A stretch of 64,000 bases of DNA, taken from positions 249,964 through 313,963 of the forward strand of contig RHPI01003369.1 of assembly GCA_009103225.1 (NCBI GenBank), read 5' to 3'. Positions 14,935 to 29,084 of this stretch are shown here, piece after piece (the first letter of the stretch is position 1; each line of letters starts with the position of its first letter). The position numbers and the translations under genes were made by a program. Under the pieces are notes generated by a model. The model was given only the letters and a program-made list of their open reading frames with translations. It ran no database searches and was not told the DNA's origin. This DNA is from Chlorokybus atmophyticus. Taxonomy: Eukaryota > Plantae > Mesostigma and Chlorokybus algae.

Positions 14935-15285
14935 TTAAGCACAATATTCAATCCAGCCTCCGCCGCCGCTTTTCTCGTGTTTCTGTGCAGCGCTGGGTGC
15001 TGCTCTTAGCATGCGCAGCGCTGCTCTGTGCTCGGCGGCGGCGGCGGCGATGGAGGCAGCAGATTGATTTTTAATGTCACGCAGCCAGTCAGGCGCTTCC
15101 TCGTCGAGCTTGTCGTCCTCGTCGTTTGTCGTGTCGTGTCGTTCGATGGCGGCAAAAACGGTCAGTGCCTTGCTTGCGGCGCGCGACGAGCACACGTCGA
15201 CTGCGCGAAACGTTGGCAGCGGCGGCTGCGCATGCTCTGCAGCACATGGCTTGAGTGTCTCACGAATGTGTGAGGCATGAGTCAT
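14935..15285 (-). CDS. Hypothetical GC-rich ORF or gene fragment
   Basis: 116 aa ORF with coding-like composition (DEDDKLDEEAPDWLRDIK). No recognisable domain. Confidence 0.3.
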   Translation of the reverse strand: MTHASHIRETLKPCAAEHAQPPLPTFRAVDVCSSRAASKALTVFAAIERHDTTNDEDDKLDEEAPDWLRDIKNQSAASIAAAAAEHRAALRMLRAAPSAAQKHEKSGGGGWIEYCA

Positions 15286-18200
15286 GGCTCAAGACTCATG
15301 GGACATTCACAAGCTTGCGCGTCATCACATCCGACTCATGTGATGAACACCCCCTCCCCACTTACCTCCCCTATGAAATGCACTCCCAACCCCTTTCCGC
15401 TACAGGAGCTCTATAACAAGAAAATGGGCTGTAAGTTTGCACTTACATGTAAGCGAACTTGCATGTTTATGAGAGAGGGGGAGAGAGAGAGAGATTATCA
15501 TTAATAAGGCCCATTGAAATGTGTTTAATGTACAGTTGCATGCGAGGGCCTTATGGTCGAGCTTGCTTGTCATAGTACAAATGCAACGAATTGCGCATGT
15601 ATGGCTTGAAGTATTTGACGTGGCTTGTCAATTTGTAACTTCGATATTGTGTTTCAGATAATACAGCTATAAAAAATCACCTGATCCATGTACATCATGC
15701 ACGCGCTGCATATGTGCCACAACATTATACGTTAATTGTTACATCTTCTACATTTACAAACTCGCATACTTTAGCAATCGCTAGTGATTGTAATAAGCTT
15801 AAGCAGGTATATGCCAATTATCAAGTTGTGCTTGCAATACTGTGAAACAATATGTAGCTGCTTTATGCATATGACAATTTGTACACCCGTATATGTGATG
15901 TGACCTCACAATCTATTTACAATAGTGCCATAATGCGTGTCGTGCCCGTATCGATCTCTGATATGTTGCTCTTATTGTTATTTGCATAACAGTGTGTCAT
16001 GTTACAAACTGAAACGCATGTTTCGAGTGCATGATTTAATTCAAATAATTAATGACTGCGAATGCCGCTGATGTTGATAAGGCGTAGCATCTTCATTACG
16101 TATTATACTCATGTTGGCTGGCAATGCGCGTTATAAACACGTTCGCAATTGAAAATGCATAACCACTAACCACTTTTAGTCGTTCATTATGATTCACACA
16201 ATCATATCGAGTGACTGTCTTTCCACTTCTGCAAAACACTCAATTAATTGTGTACAGAGAATCGTAATCATATACACTTGTACCAACTTGTGTAATTTAC
16301 GTATGTAATGTAATAAATTTTTCATTCATGATGTATTCACTCTCGAATAATAGACGAGCGCAAGCACGCGATAATCGACAATGCCATTCTCTTAGCTACA
16401 TTTAAAGCTAAGACATACCATGTTTAAGTAAAAGGCAACTTGACATCCTACTTGGCTTTGGCGTAAACACAGTGAACATCGCATGCATACATGGTTGATG
16501 AACTACATACATGCCAACTCAGCATCAGCGCAAGCATCAATTGTAGATAAAGCCGTAAGCACAAAGTTGACATAGTCTGACAAAGCTATCATAAGCCTCG
16601 TCTTGATCTCGCATCACTGTGGAACCATCAGGGGTTGGTTGACACGCCCAGAGCTCAGATTAGAGTTAGTGGCGCGTCAAAACCATTGCTCGCATTAATC
16701 AACATGCATTGAGTGTTACTGTTATTGTTCGTGTGTGTGCATAGACTGCATGTGTGCAATATGACTTCTCTCATGGCGCTAGCCTTCTTGTTCAGGTCGC
16801 TTGTGCTACTTGCTGCCGTGTGCCTTGCCATGCCTCGCCTACCCGCCCTGCATTGCACATAGGTTGCAAGCACATAGCTTAGCTAGTGGCCCCAGCCTAT
16901 TGTAATTGTAACCTGCTTGTGTTGCCTGCGTATGCTTGCTAAGCTTGCAGTGTGCTGTGTGCTCTCCCTTGCATCAGACCTACAAGAATGCCTATACCCT
17001 ATGCATGGCATATGCAACAGCGATGCTGACATGGGCTGAGGCAAGTGCCATGCGTCTCAGCCCTAACCCAAGCTTCTAACATTGTCTGCAATGGTGTCAC
17101 GAGCCCTTGCTGCTGCTGCTATACGGTACCATTTTAGATAAGCCAATGTACTAGAAGGGAGCTTGCGGATGTACCGACAGCACATGGCCTGTGCCCTGCA
17201 ATGCGCCCAAGCGCTGGCAATTGAGGAGCTGGGCGCAGTTATGGTCGTGACCGCTGGGCACCCGTGGCTCTGGCCCCGCAATGCAAATGCAGGAACAGAG
17301 CACTGATGCGAACAGGCCGGGCCATGGTAAAATGCTGCCAGCAGGCGGCATGCTGCCAGCATTGTACTCACACACATATAGGCATGCTGCAGGCCTATGT
17401 GTAGCGTATATGCAATGCTATGCATGTGACCCCATTGCATTGTGCACATGCATGACACATGCAAACACAAGCGCACTCGCACACGCCAGCAAACAACAAC
17501 TTGTTACACCACCGGGCTACCTATACATACTAGGAAGCTACCTTCGCTAAGCCCTTGCCCCGTTAGTCAACATGCATGCGTAGTTACCTGTACACAATGG
17601 CGATTCAAACAGTTAGGCACCGGGTGAGGCTGAGCGGTAGCAGTAGCAGACAGCAGACGGACTCCCCCTTCTCTGTCTCCCTCTCTCTCCGCCTCTTTCC
17701 TGCCGCCTCCCTGCTTGCAGTACGTGCGCTCCTTGCACTACGTGCTGCTGTTGACGCAGCCAGGGTTGCATCGCCTACGTCAGCAGTATGCTACTGCTGG
17801 CATGCCTGCCGCGACTCGCCCTCACGGGCAGTAGTGGTTCAATGCCGCTAGTCCTGCCAGTGCAGTGTGCTAGGGGTTGGGGTGCCAGTGGCAGTCAGGT
17901 GCTGCGGTGGGGTTGGGTGGTGGGGTTGTGTGTGAAGTGGGCTTGCATGGTGCAAGAGCATTTGTGAGTTTGAGGTGAGGCATGCGCGCATGCCAATGTG
18001 AGGTGACCGAGTGTACAACGACTGCAATGCACTACTGTGTGCGAAGCGGTGGCGTGCACGTTAGCAAGCAACAGGCGCGGAACTGAGGCAGTAACTCACC
18101 AAACGAGCTCAATGACGTATAATTGCACTCGGAGCGTCATTTGGTACTACGATATGCTATACTGTAACTGACTCTGAGACAGTACCACGTGCTACCCTGC

Positions 18201-20751
18201 TGATGCAGCACTACTCAAAGTAACCATCTCAGCTACAGCTTGCACCGAATGGCTAGAGGGCTGCATGTCACAGGGCACACTCAGCAAACGCTACGTGGCC
18301 ATTGGCGTGCGCCCAAAGCAACGATGCGGCCGCTTCTTTGCGTTCTTGCATGAAACTACAGGCGCAGCACGTCCTTCCCTCTGCACAGTTGCAATTCGCA
18401 GTCAGCCACTAGCAAAGGGCAGTGCTGGTAGACACATCGAATGTTTGGTGGCTTTCCCGGCAACAAAGGGACCATATAGTATGCCCAGTGCTCCAGAATG
18501 ACCACCAACATGCTGTTGCATCAGGGCCATTACAACCCCGTGGTATGGAATTGACCTAGGGTATTGGTAGTTGATGCACAAAAACGACCGTACAAACAAC
18601 ACATCATGACCAGACTGTCATTCCGCTCAGACAGCCAAGGGTGGAATCGTCACCGGCCCCGAAAGGCTCAGATACTCTAGTCCGAATACCTGGATTTCAT
18701 CACCGCGAAAGAACATGCAGGACCCACGCAGACCATGCGTACAAATCCCCAAAGGCCTCAGGCAGCCTTAGTTGTCACCATAGAGCTCGATTGAGAACTC
18801 AGCCGGTAATTCCAATGTTTGATCATCTTTGGCCAGGGACAGGACTGACCACTCGACACAGAAGAAACTCAGATTCTGACCTGCTGTGCTCGTCTAGTTG
18901 CCAAAGACACCATCCATCTCTTGCCTCATGCTGCAGGCACTGTCCGCAGGCACATGGAGTCGTCAGCGGCAGCAATGCAAGGAAAATACAAGCAGACTGT
19001 GACACAAGACTGGGAAGATCAGCTAGGAGCGAAAGAATAGTCCTCAGGCACAAAAGTGCTCAGATGAGCAGGACGAAGTCCGTAGTCATCATCTCTTCCC
19101 TTAAGCACAAGTAGCAGACAAGCAACTCCTACGACATATAGCCAGTTGTTCTCTCAGGACTTCTTAGAGGTAAATACGTTCAACAAGGGTGTTCAGTGGA
19201 TTGACAGATAAACTGTTTCATCATGGAGAACAGCCAAAGCGCTATCACACAAAACGGAACTCTCAGAGACCCGTGCTAAATCTTATGCATGGACGCAGCA
19301 GCGCCTGGTGCAACCGAAGAAGCGGGACAGGCGCTGCTGGCGCCCATTTGCATTGCATCATACGGCACTTCCTAAAAGGTTGTTTTCGTCATCGAGTTCC
19401 ACTACCATCACCATAGCATATGCACTGCAGATTGTACCTTGTCATCTTCCTGTCATTGCTTGGAGTTTTCCTTCTTTCGGCAAGCCAGACTTTTGTTTTC
19501 CTGCACAGCCAAAGCTACGCATCAGAGCACCAATCTTGCTACAAGCAGTAGGGTGCTCATAATGCAGGTGAGCAAATATTATCACCCGAAATGGCACCAG
19601 TTGGCCAAGCCTGTTAGGCAACGACCACTGGCTTCCTATCAGAAGGTGAAGGTTGATCTGAGCCGACCACTGACAAAAAGGGTCCGAGCAGATAATGCTG
19701 CCCTTCCTGTGGCAGGAAGGCTCCCTAATCCTATCCTAACATGCAATGAGTTGCAGGCCATCTCATGAGCTCACCTTTGGTTAAGGTCCTTGAAGGAACT
19801 CTGGCCAGACTGCTGAACTTGAAGCTCAGCTCGCGAGCATCAACATGCTTTAACTGCAAAAAGCATCAGCCAATGTCAGCATACCTGCCAAGGCATTACT
19901 GTGATGCCTTGGAGCCTAGGTAGAAGGCAGTTCATAGAGACAATGCTGCAGTCTGCCAGCTGAACATATGCAAACCAAAACACGGCAGGATGGTTTCACA
20001 GCGAAGACTGCCAGCTCAAGCCAAAGCTGGCAGCGAACACAACACAGACAAGGACCACTAGCAGCTCATTTGCTAGACCAGGCATTGCATTGTGCTTGAA
20101 CCTAGCACATACCATCCAGTTGACTCAGCGGCGGCGACTCTCGTCAACGTCTTGTGCGCCGCATAGCTCAACTCATGCTTCATGGCGTCGGCGATGTCAA
20201 CCAGATGGGCTCGTCGAGGTGGTTGGCCCGCCGTTGCGGTGCAGCCCGCCGCAGCAGACCATCGAGGCAGCCTGTAACTTTGGCCGTGAGATGCTGCATG
20301 GCCTCCAGCGCTGTCTGTCGTTGCTCGAGACGATCTACAGGCACGGCCGCCCCAAGCAGGAGGTGAGGCGGCCGCCGCCGCCGCCGCCGCCGCCAACTGG
20401 TTACAGCAATGCCTATCTCAACTGTAGTGGCGGCGCCTTATGGACCCCTCTACGCTGATCCGGGATCAGCGACCTGGGTTACCACACATCGATGATGATC
20501 AGTGATCTCGATAAGCACGCTGTGAGCCACTCATGACCTGTTACGCAGGTGTAAATGCTTGGTACAACAGTCTCCCCACTTCACCCTCATCACTGAGCGT
20601 GCATCTGGAACTTGTACATGAACGCTGCACAATCTGAAGCTGTGGCGGCGCTGGCGGCACTCACGCGCGGTTGTCGCTGCTGCACACGTCTTTGCGCGCG
20701 GCCTCGAGTGCCACCCCTGCACCGTGCTGCGCGTTCATGCACGCACCATTT

Positions 20752-20784
<33 letters not shown>
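20752..20784. repeat. (TTG)n microsatellite
   Basis: Direct reading. Confidence 0.95.
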
Positions 20785-20785
<1 letters not shown>

Positions 20786-20877
20786 CGTATGCCACGTCGT
20801 CGACCTCCCCGGTTGTCTGCTGGCTTCGCAGGCATGCACGAGGGCACCAGCAACTCTGTGCAAAGAAGTTTGGGTTG

Positions 20878-23800
20878 TTATGCAAACCTCTGTTTGCTGC
20901 TGTTGTCGTCGTTGTTGTTGTTGTTGTTGCTTGAGGTCGTGGTAGCATTCGGGGTTAAATGCGGGTGTGTGCACCCAGCGCACACGCCTGCACCTTCAAT
21001 GGAGCGCCACAGGCCGTGGCTCTCAACCAAGATGTCACCGCCTTGTTGTTCATCCAAGTGCAAGGCGTTGTCGCTGTCTCTGCGCTGTTCGCCCTCTTTC
21101 AAACTGAGCAATAGACCTGCCGCTCCTCATCCGCGCAGCAGCAGAACCCAACATGAGTGTGGAACCATGCAAAGCACTCAACATATTCTGGGAACAAGTT
21201 GTGTGGCAATATACTCACCCCATAGTGCATGCGAATGAGGCGTCTGTGAGGCTTCATCACGGATGCGTTGCAGCTATGAGCCCTCCTCCTCCTCGACGCC
21301 AGTCTCAGCCGGTAACGGGTTTACGTGGCGGTCCAATGCTGGCGCCACAAACGATGGCCTCCAGGTCCGGTAGCGACCAGGCCTCATCACAATCCAATGC
21401 ACATATCATTGTGTCGACGAAGTGGCGCAGTACCAGGTAGTAGTGCCTATGTTGGGACGGTCCCAATAGTAGCCACATGACAACATGGCGGTAACGCCAA
21501 GCATCACTACTTGCTCATGGTTGTGCGCTTGTTCTTAGACCTGAGGCTGAGATGCGGGTACACGTGGGTAGCCTTGTTCTAGATGAATATCATCTTCGCT
21601 GACACACAGCACCGAGGCTCTCTCCGCTCCTGTTCTTCGTGCTGCGGTTGCCGGCATGCACGTCATTTGGCCTGGCAGCCCTGCAGGCTTCCTGGCTGCT
21701 GCTCGCACGTTTCCGTTTGCACTGTCATGGTTGTCGCTGGCGTCATCGCCGGCGGCGCCAAGGTTGCGGCTGTCACCATTCATGGCAGCGGCGGGCCTGG
21801 ACCCGTCGGGGTTTTGTCAAACAAGTCTTGGCCCTGGAGTCCCTTGGTTGGATGCAGGGAGTGAAGACTGTTGTGCATGATGCCGGTGACATCAAGGTGC
21901 TGCTGGGGACCAGCGCATGCTGGGTGACACGGTGAGGATGCGCGGTACTGTATGCACAAAACAGTGTCAGCTTGCAGGTGGTTCACAATGATGACCAGTC
22001 ATTGCGAATAGTACTCGCAGAGTTTTCTTCCCTTTTGCTCACCTGCATGCAAGTGGACGGGTGGCCAGAGCGTCTCATTGGCGATGCCGTCTTCCTCAGG
22101 CGGAGAGAAATCTTGACTTGTATCGTCAGACTGCGTGCAACACATACATTTTGTTGACACATCAGCTCAGGTCACGCTATTGCCTCGCGCTGGAACAACA
22201 ACAGCAACAGCAGCAGCACTACTTGAATGGTGAGGTGGATGTGGACGGTGGGGCCATGCTGGACGTCCAGGCAGCTGTCGGCCGAGGAGACGGTGGCATC
22301 GTGCACCTCCTTCAGGTTGCAAATTATGCTTGCCATTTTAAACCCCAGCATCGCCGCACGATAACGGGGCGAGCGGGAGTGAAACGACTCAACAGCACCA
22401 CGACTTGAACACTTGCACATGCATGTGTGTATGCACAATTACAAGCACACGCACATGTGCACGCACGTGCGCATGCGCGAACGTGCTCACATACTCAGAG
22501 AGAATCACGCCCTCGCATGCATACGCGCACACCCATCCCAACGCGCACAAACGTACGCACCCACATATACGTCGTGGCGCGTGACATAGTGGAGTGTATG
22601 GCTATTCTGCAGCACCGCAACGGTGCTGGTGGGGCGGCTTTGCGAGCTCAGGGCGAGAGAGTCGCACGCAAACGCGCATGTGCATTGACCTCACCCTCAG
22701 GGTCAAAGACAGATGTCACGGTGGGTATGGTGGCACCCCGCATGCGCCACACGCTCTCGAGCTGGCTTGTGTGTGTGCGTGTGTGCGGCTGCATGCGTGT
22801 GCATTGCATTGCGTGCACGTGCGTGCGTGCCTGCTTGCGTGTGTTTGTGGCTGCGAGTGCACGCATGCTTGCGCGCACATACTCTGTGCGGGTACACACG
22901 TGCATAGGCGTATGCGTTTGCCCTGATTGCTCAGCCAGCATGCAGTTGCCAGTCAATGTGTGGGTACACACGAGTGCAAAGTGACAACAACATGTAAGGT
23001 TGGGTTGCTGTTGGTCGCAAGGCCATCGCGGCACTTGCACTTCTTCTGCCTCTGAGGTGCGAATGTTCACAGCATCAACCCGCTGGCTAAGGCAGCCGTC
23101 AACATCGAGCTCTGCGTCCGCATGGGTCTCCTCATCACCACCAGCAGAGCCACGGTCTGCTGCATCCTCGTCTTGATGCAATGCGACAGGTTTTGAGTGC
23201 GTCATTTGTGTCTCACGGATTTGCTCGTCGCAAGAGTGTTGGCTGTTGCTTGGAGAGTGATGAGTCTGCTCCTGCGGCTTGTTGGGCTCACAGTCAGCGT
23301 TGTGCGAGCGCTGTGGGGCCGCTTCAAATATAGTGGCTTTTGGCGGGGCGGACGCCTTCACGAGCAATTCCTCCATTTTGCACACGCAGCTGGTCTATGT
23401 GCTTTGCTTTCAAGGTCAACATGCATGTAGACCACCATGTCTGCGTGGTATGCAAAGTCTCATCAAGCTGTCGTGGTAAAGGATATCCTGGCCTTCACAC
23501 CAGCCCTGTTCAACAGCGCCAGTTGGTTGCTCAGGACGGATGCACGCATGCATGCATGCTTGGCTTCTTGCTGCGTCTGCGTTGCGAGCTTGTGCATCTG
23601 CGTCAACCATGGCATGATTAGCTTCGTGCCACTCATATTGCTGCCAAAGACGGTCGACAATGTGTACAATCAGCAAACGTGCCAAGTCTTGCAAGTGTAT
23701 CACCATCAGGTGCTGCAGCGTACCTGCTCCAGCCTCTGCTCGCACTCTCGGAAGCGTCGGCTGTTTGCGTCATCATCATTCCACACGGCTCAGGGTCTGG

Positions 23801-26800
23801 TATGCGCTGATGCGTCGCTGTGCCGATGCGCGGTGATGGTGGCCACTTTCAGCGCCAGCGTGCCCACTAGCTGCAGCATGACATTTAGCATCAACATTGC
23901 TTGCCGCTGCAGGTGTGAACAATCTGTTATGTTACACTTATGTAGGTGACGTCACCTGGAGCTGGCGTTGTCGTGCGCATGGCTGTTGTCTCTGACCTTG
24001 GTGTGCAGTCCTGTGGTACGGGCTGCAAGTTTGAAGGCAGGAAGGAGTTGTCGCCTTGTGTGAAGGTCAGAAGTCTTGTGGACTGCATCAGCCTGCCTCT
24101 GTAGTCCCGTATGTTGGCATGGGTTCGCTGTCTGCATGGGTGGTTCAACCGCAGGTGGCAGAGGTTTTGGGCTCGGATGTTGTGGAGACATGGACCCTGG
24201 ACATGGCAGTAAAGGCAACTCCGGAGGTGCTTCAAGCCTGCAGACAACGGTTGAGCTAGTTGTATGCAATGCTTGAAAGCCGACACAGTGTCAATGTCTG
24301 ATGGAGCGGAGGGTTATTCCAAGGAAGCACCTGCTAGAAACTGCCCTCACCTGCCAGCTGCCCCGTTCATGTCCTCCAAGCCTCTTTCAACTAATGCAAG
24401 CGCCTTCTGATCCGCCTCGTGCGGGCTGCAACTTGGGCGCAGTAGCATTATGTGGTGAGGTGACTTTAGCACAGATACCGACCAGCGTTGGACGAGACTA
24501 CGTCGTGGCAAAGCAAGAAGCACACCTCAATCTGCGCGGGGAGGGCAGAGCCAACGCCTTCATGTCATCCGCGTTCATGTCCTGGGAGCCTCCCCTCTTC
24601 AGGTACAGGAGTGAATAGCCTGAGGTCTTCCTTGTGAGCTAGCACTGCAGGTACCTAAGTAAGAACTTCAGACACGCGTAAGGCCTCAGTTTGCATGTAA
24701 CACACAAGCACCTCCAAACAGCTTAAACAGCCAAACTTTGAGACCGACGCACGGCTGCGACTGCATTCACACACATGCACGTGCACCGTGACGCACACGT
24801 GCGCACACACTTCTACCTGGGTTGCCAATGCGCATCAGCGCCTGCATTGTGTAGGACAATGGCAGAGCTTTGCCATTCCTTCGCATCAGGGCCCGGGTCA
24901 GCATTTGCGACATCCATCGCATCTGCAGCCGCTGCAAACTTGAGCGTGGCAGCCTCGGGTTCAGTCAACACGCATTGTATTTACAGCTCCATTGCTTGCC
25001 AATCGTAAGCCTTTGCCACCTCGCGCATGCTGTCATCGATGTGGACACGAGGAGGTTGTTGCAGCCTCGCTACAGCTCTAAGCTTTGTAAGTTCCCGTTC
25101 GTGCTAAACATCTTAAAGATGAGACTGATGGTAGCATAATGTCCAATGCTTATGCTATACTCTGTGCATACTTACCGTTTGATTTCATACAACATCATAC
25201 CAATGCATGGTTGACACGCAGTATACAGGTTGCAATGTTCGTAGGTCATGGACACATCCAAGCGCAAGTAAGTCCAATCCATGAATCCGAGAAGAAGAAC
25301 CAGGTGGGAAGCAGTTCATATGGCATGAACTGTGCAGATCATATGTACACGTATGTACCCGCAGGGAGCTCAGCTGAGTAGTAACACAAGCAGCTGCTAG
25401 CCAGCTACCTAAAACCAGGCCTGGGGCAGTGTGTACAACATCAGTGAGTGGGCTACTACTACTACTCCTGATGCAGGAGAGAGAGTTGTGACTGTGACGT
25501 TGTGCGCGGAGGTGAAGTCATTACTGCTATGCAGTGCAGCCCTTCGCATATATCCTACTCTTATTCAGGGCATCAAACAGAAAGGCACCGCTCGTGCAAG
25601 CTTGAAGGCTGAGTGCTACGAGCTGGAGTCAAAGCCACGGTTGGCAAGCTTGTCAGCCACGCCGGAGTGGTACATTTCGTGTGCTGCGTCCTGTTCAAAC
25701 GTCCGCTTCCTTAACAAAGCCGCCTTCTCGGGCGTGAAGCGCACCACATTGCTGCGCACTACTGGCCTTGGGGACCCACCATTATCCTGCAAAGCAAAGC
25801 TAGATCAACTTACGACGCCTCGAGTATAACAACAGGAAAATATAGCAGCCAACTAACAGAAGGTTATTCATTGCTGATGTTCATACAAGCTAACAGCCTA
25901 GAGCAGTTGCTGCTTGACTGTGAACACTGTTAGAGCCATACCTGTGCATTGGTGGCTTCTAGAGCTGAGCTCCTTTCCCCAGCATGATGGTGCATTCCGG
26001 AATGTACAGAAGCGGTATGTGCGGAGGTCGGCACCGTTGAGTGGTTGCTGTTGTTATTGCTGCTGCTGCTCGGCTGTTGGTGTTGCTGCTGGCTCAACGC
26101 TGAGCCGACAGCCGACATGCCCATCACCCTCACCACCAGAGCCTCCATCCTACAGACTAGCGTCACACAGCACTCCTGTTCTACAAAGAGGAACGTATGA
26201 GAACAACGCTGAATACAAAGAGCTGCTGACTTCAGAGCACAGTCGTATGTTTACGCATATGTATATGTACGCCGTCAAGCTGTCAATCATCGTCCAAGCA
26301 GTCAATGCACAAGATTCAACAAGTAAACAATACTACACTCCGGCGGGGCTCACCTCAACTAATCAGCTGCCGCGCACCCACCAGCTCGGTCACCAGAAAA
26401 TGCTCCTCGCCGACGACAACCACGACAGTCCCACCGACAACAACCCAGACGCTGCCGCCACCGCCTCGGAGGACTTTCTCTTTAAACTTGCAACGTGCAG
26501 CATGGAGCGCGGTTACTAAACTGTGCATCGCAAGAATGTCTGCCTGCAAGCCTGCGATATCAGCTTGCGTCCACCTCCAGATTGCCGATATCAACTGCCG
26601 TACTGGGTTAAGCAGGCTGGTTGGCTAACCTTTGGCGCATAACCGTGGCTCGCGCCTCTGTCAATCAGTCAGCCCAGGACAAATTCTTCTGGTAGGTAGG
26701 CCTGTGCGTGTCAGACATCGCGCGGGTCGCTGCTGACGTGCACAACTGTTGTTGCTGGGTTCCCTTAACGCTGTCATGTTCAAACGCTGCTTTGTGGTAG

Positions 26801-27300
26801 TACCGGTACGGTGCTCTCGACGCATGGATTTCCATATTTGTGATGCGCTGAACACATCCTGATGTGTTCAGCTTACCGTGCAACATTAAGGCGGATGTCG
26901 GAGGCTTGCTGGGTAAGTTGAGTCGCTTTGTCTTAACGACGCAAGGTTTAGGGAAGCGTCAGGAACGACTTGCGCAGACTGACATCTGCCCCTTTAAGTG
27001 ATCCGGTAACGGTACCCTTAACGTTTAGCGAAGAGTACGCTGCATCACGCTCACCAGCGCTGGCAGGGGCATGCATCAGCACTAGGCCTAACGTTATTGG
27101 CTCGTTGGCTGGACTTGTTGTGCACTGGTGTGTGCCTGCTGACTTCGGGACGAGGTCGACAGGCTGTCAGAACGTGCTACGCTCCGTCATAGTGTACGAC
27201 GGCTGCGTGCACGTCGCAGTCGGTTGCCACGTTGTGCACGTGACGGCGGCCCCACACGTCAGGTGCTGCACAGGGGCGTCTTCGGGAATCCCGAGTGTAA
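20878..27300 (-). CDS. Putative large multi-exon hypothetical gene, low-complexity protein; boundaries approximate
   Basis: A series of AG...GT-bounded open segments on the minus strand, e.g. DNGGSPRPVVRSNVVRFTPEKAALLRKRTFEQ (~25.7 kb), PHEADQKALALVERGLEDMNG (~24.4 kb), the 23385-23000 acidic exon and SDDTSQDFSPPEEDG (~22.1 kb). No family recognised. Confidence 0.4.
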
Positions 27301-29084
27301 CTGTGAGCGTTCACACTTGCGTAGAAGTGTTAATGCCGCCTGTGACACACAGCCTTGCCCTCACCACTGAAGGGTGTCAACGACAATTTGTCGAGCGAAT
27401 GTGGTGGCATTGCCACATGAGCTTCAAGCGACAACCTCAACTTGCTTAACGAATGCTCACAATCAGTCAACTAAACATAGCTTTTACTAGGTCGGCCATG
27501 TTGTAAGTCCTCATAAGTGTCATTCAACTTGTACATTGCATGCATGTTTTTGCAATACGCTTTGCAGTATCAAGTAGACATCAATAAAATTCAACAAACA
27601 TTCCACGTATGCATATTTATGGTTTTACATTCTACTATGATAGGAAGATTGCATATTTCGTATTCATTGTGGTTAGTAAAGAGTTCCATATTCATTCATT
27701 GCATGTTATTACAATAGTATGAATATGGATGACATAACAAACTTAATATGCATTACTCCAATTGGAGTTTAAACATCCAATCGTAATATTATTTAAGATT
27801 ACGGCGGTAAGTACTTACTTATGAATAATCGTTGCCTTATGTTGATGTCTAAATTATCGAAGGTCACAGCAATAACACACAAATATGCAGTATACCGTCA
27901 AACATGTTGCGTTATCACTCTATCATAAGCCATGCGATACATCTCACTCATATGCAATATGAGATTGATGATGTGTTTACTATCATTCTAATAATGTGAC
28001 GATACCTGCTTGCGCCATGCAAGAGCATGCATACCACACAATAGACGTTCGTTTGCATGGTTGATTTTACCAGAAACCGTCTTGAACTCAACATTGCATG
28101 CTTTGCAGGACAAATGTAATGCAATGCGGGTCATAAGCCATGGATCACTCATGAAATGTTAATGAACAACACTCTTCGTTGTAATGATTGCATTGCAGCA
28201 AAGATGTGCGGGTGTGTACGAGTGGCAAATTTAAGGCATAGGCAAGGACAATAGTACGACTAAACAGGAACTTACTACACAGTATACACGGCGTCACAAG
28301 CAACAGTGCCAGTAGTTGCATTAAAGTAGGGTAAGGCTTGGATGAGGTAGGCAACATGAACAAGTGACAAGAGTTAGGCAGCAGTCAAGCAAAGCATAGC
28401 AGTGTGCCAAGCCCCTCAACACGTGGCACTTGCAAGGCAGCGTCCAAGGCTTAGTGCCTCACCTGCCATGCGCGCACCACACGCGAGACATACCCAACAA
28501 GGGCAACGACCCCGGTCAGTTCCTGGAGTCTTACATAGTTACGCGCATCATGTCCAGTAGTCCAGCACAAGAGCAGAGCTGAGATGAGCTGTGATAACCG
28601 CATGGATACTGCGACAATCATAGCAAGCTCTCATGCGGCATATGGGCAAACAAGCATGCAATGCGCTGATGTCACTTGGGGCCCCTTGCTGCTACCTAAT
28701 GCAAACAAGTTTAGCTAGAACTTGCATCTTATTTTAGGCAGTATACCCAGGCGTGCAGCGCATCCAGAACATACAACACCTTTGTTACACAAGTCTCACC
28801 ACACTATGTGTATCAAAGCTACACTATCGCTGCACACTAGAGACTGATCATCCCGTGATCCCCCGCTGTTGAAGTTTCAGCACCTCGCGCCTGCCAGGCT
28901 CCCGCCGATCAACTCCTGTTTGCACAATACGTGCACGTGCTTTGACTGCAAGCACCGCTGCTGCAATCAAATCACGAGTAATTCAGTGCACTGCTGCTGT
29001 TCCAGCGCGTGGCTGCAGCGCAAGCCACTCCTAACTAGCAGTCGCTGTAGTCGGAGTCATCTGCTTCTGTCCCTTCATGTGGCC

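Noticed and set aside
18402-18602. HVGGHSGALG resembling the RNase H HVxGHSG motif
   Set aside because: The following NExAD motif is absent and no RT or other RNase H motifs lie nearby.
21240-21330. Apparent in-frame TAG in a minus-strand exon (EEEEGS*LQRIRDE)
   Set aside because: The TAG can serve as a splice acceptor (CTCATAG|), so no recoding is needed.
22427-22984. Long ORFs rich in H/T/A/C/V/R (also around 11.7-12 kb and 62.4-63.3 kb)
   Set aside because: These are translations of CA/TG/GC low-complexity intron sequence that happens to lack stops.
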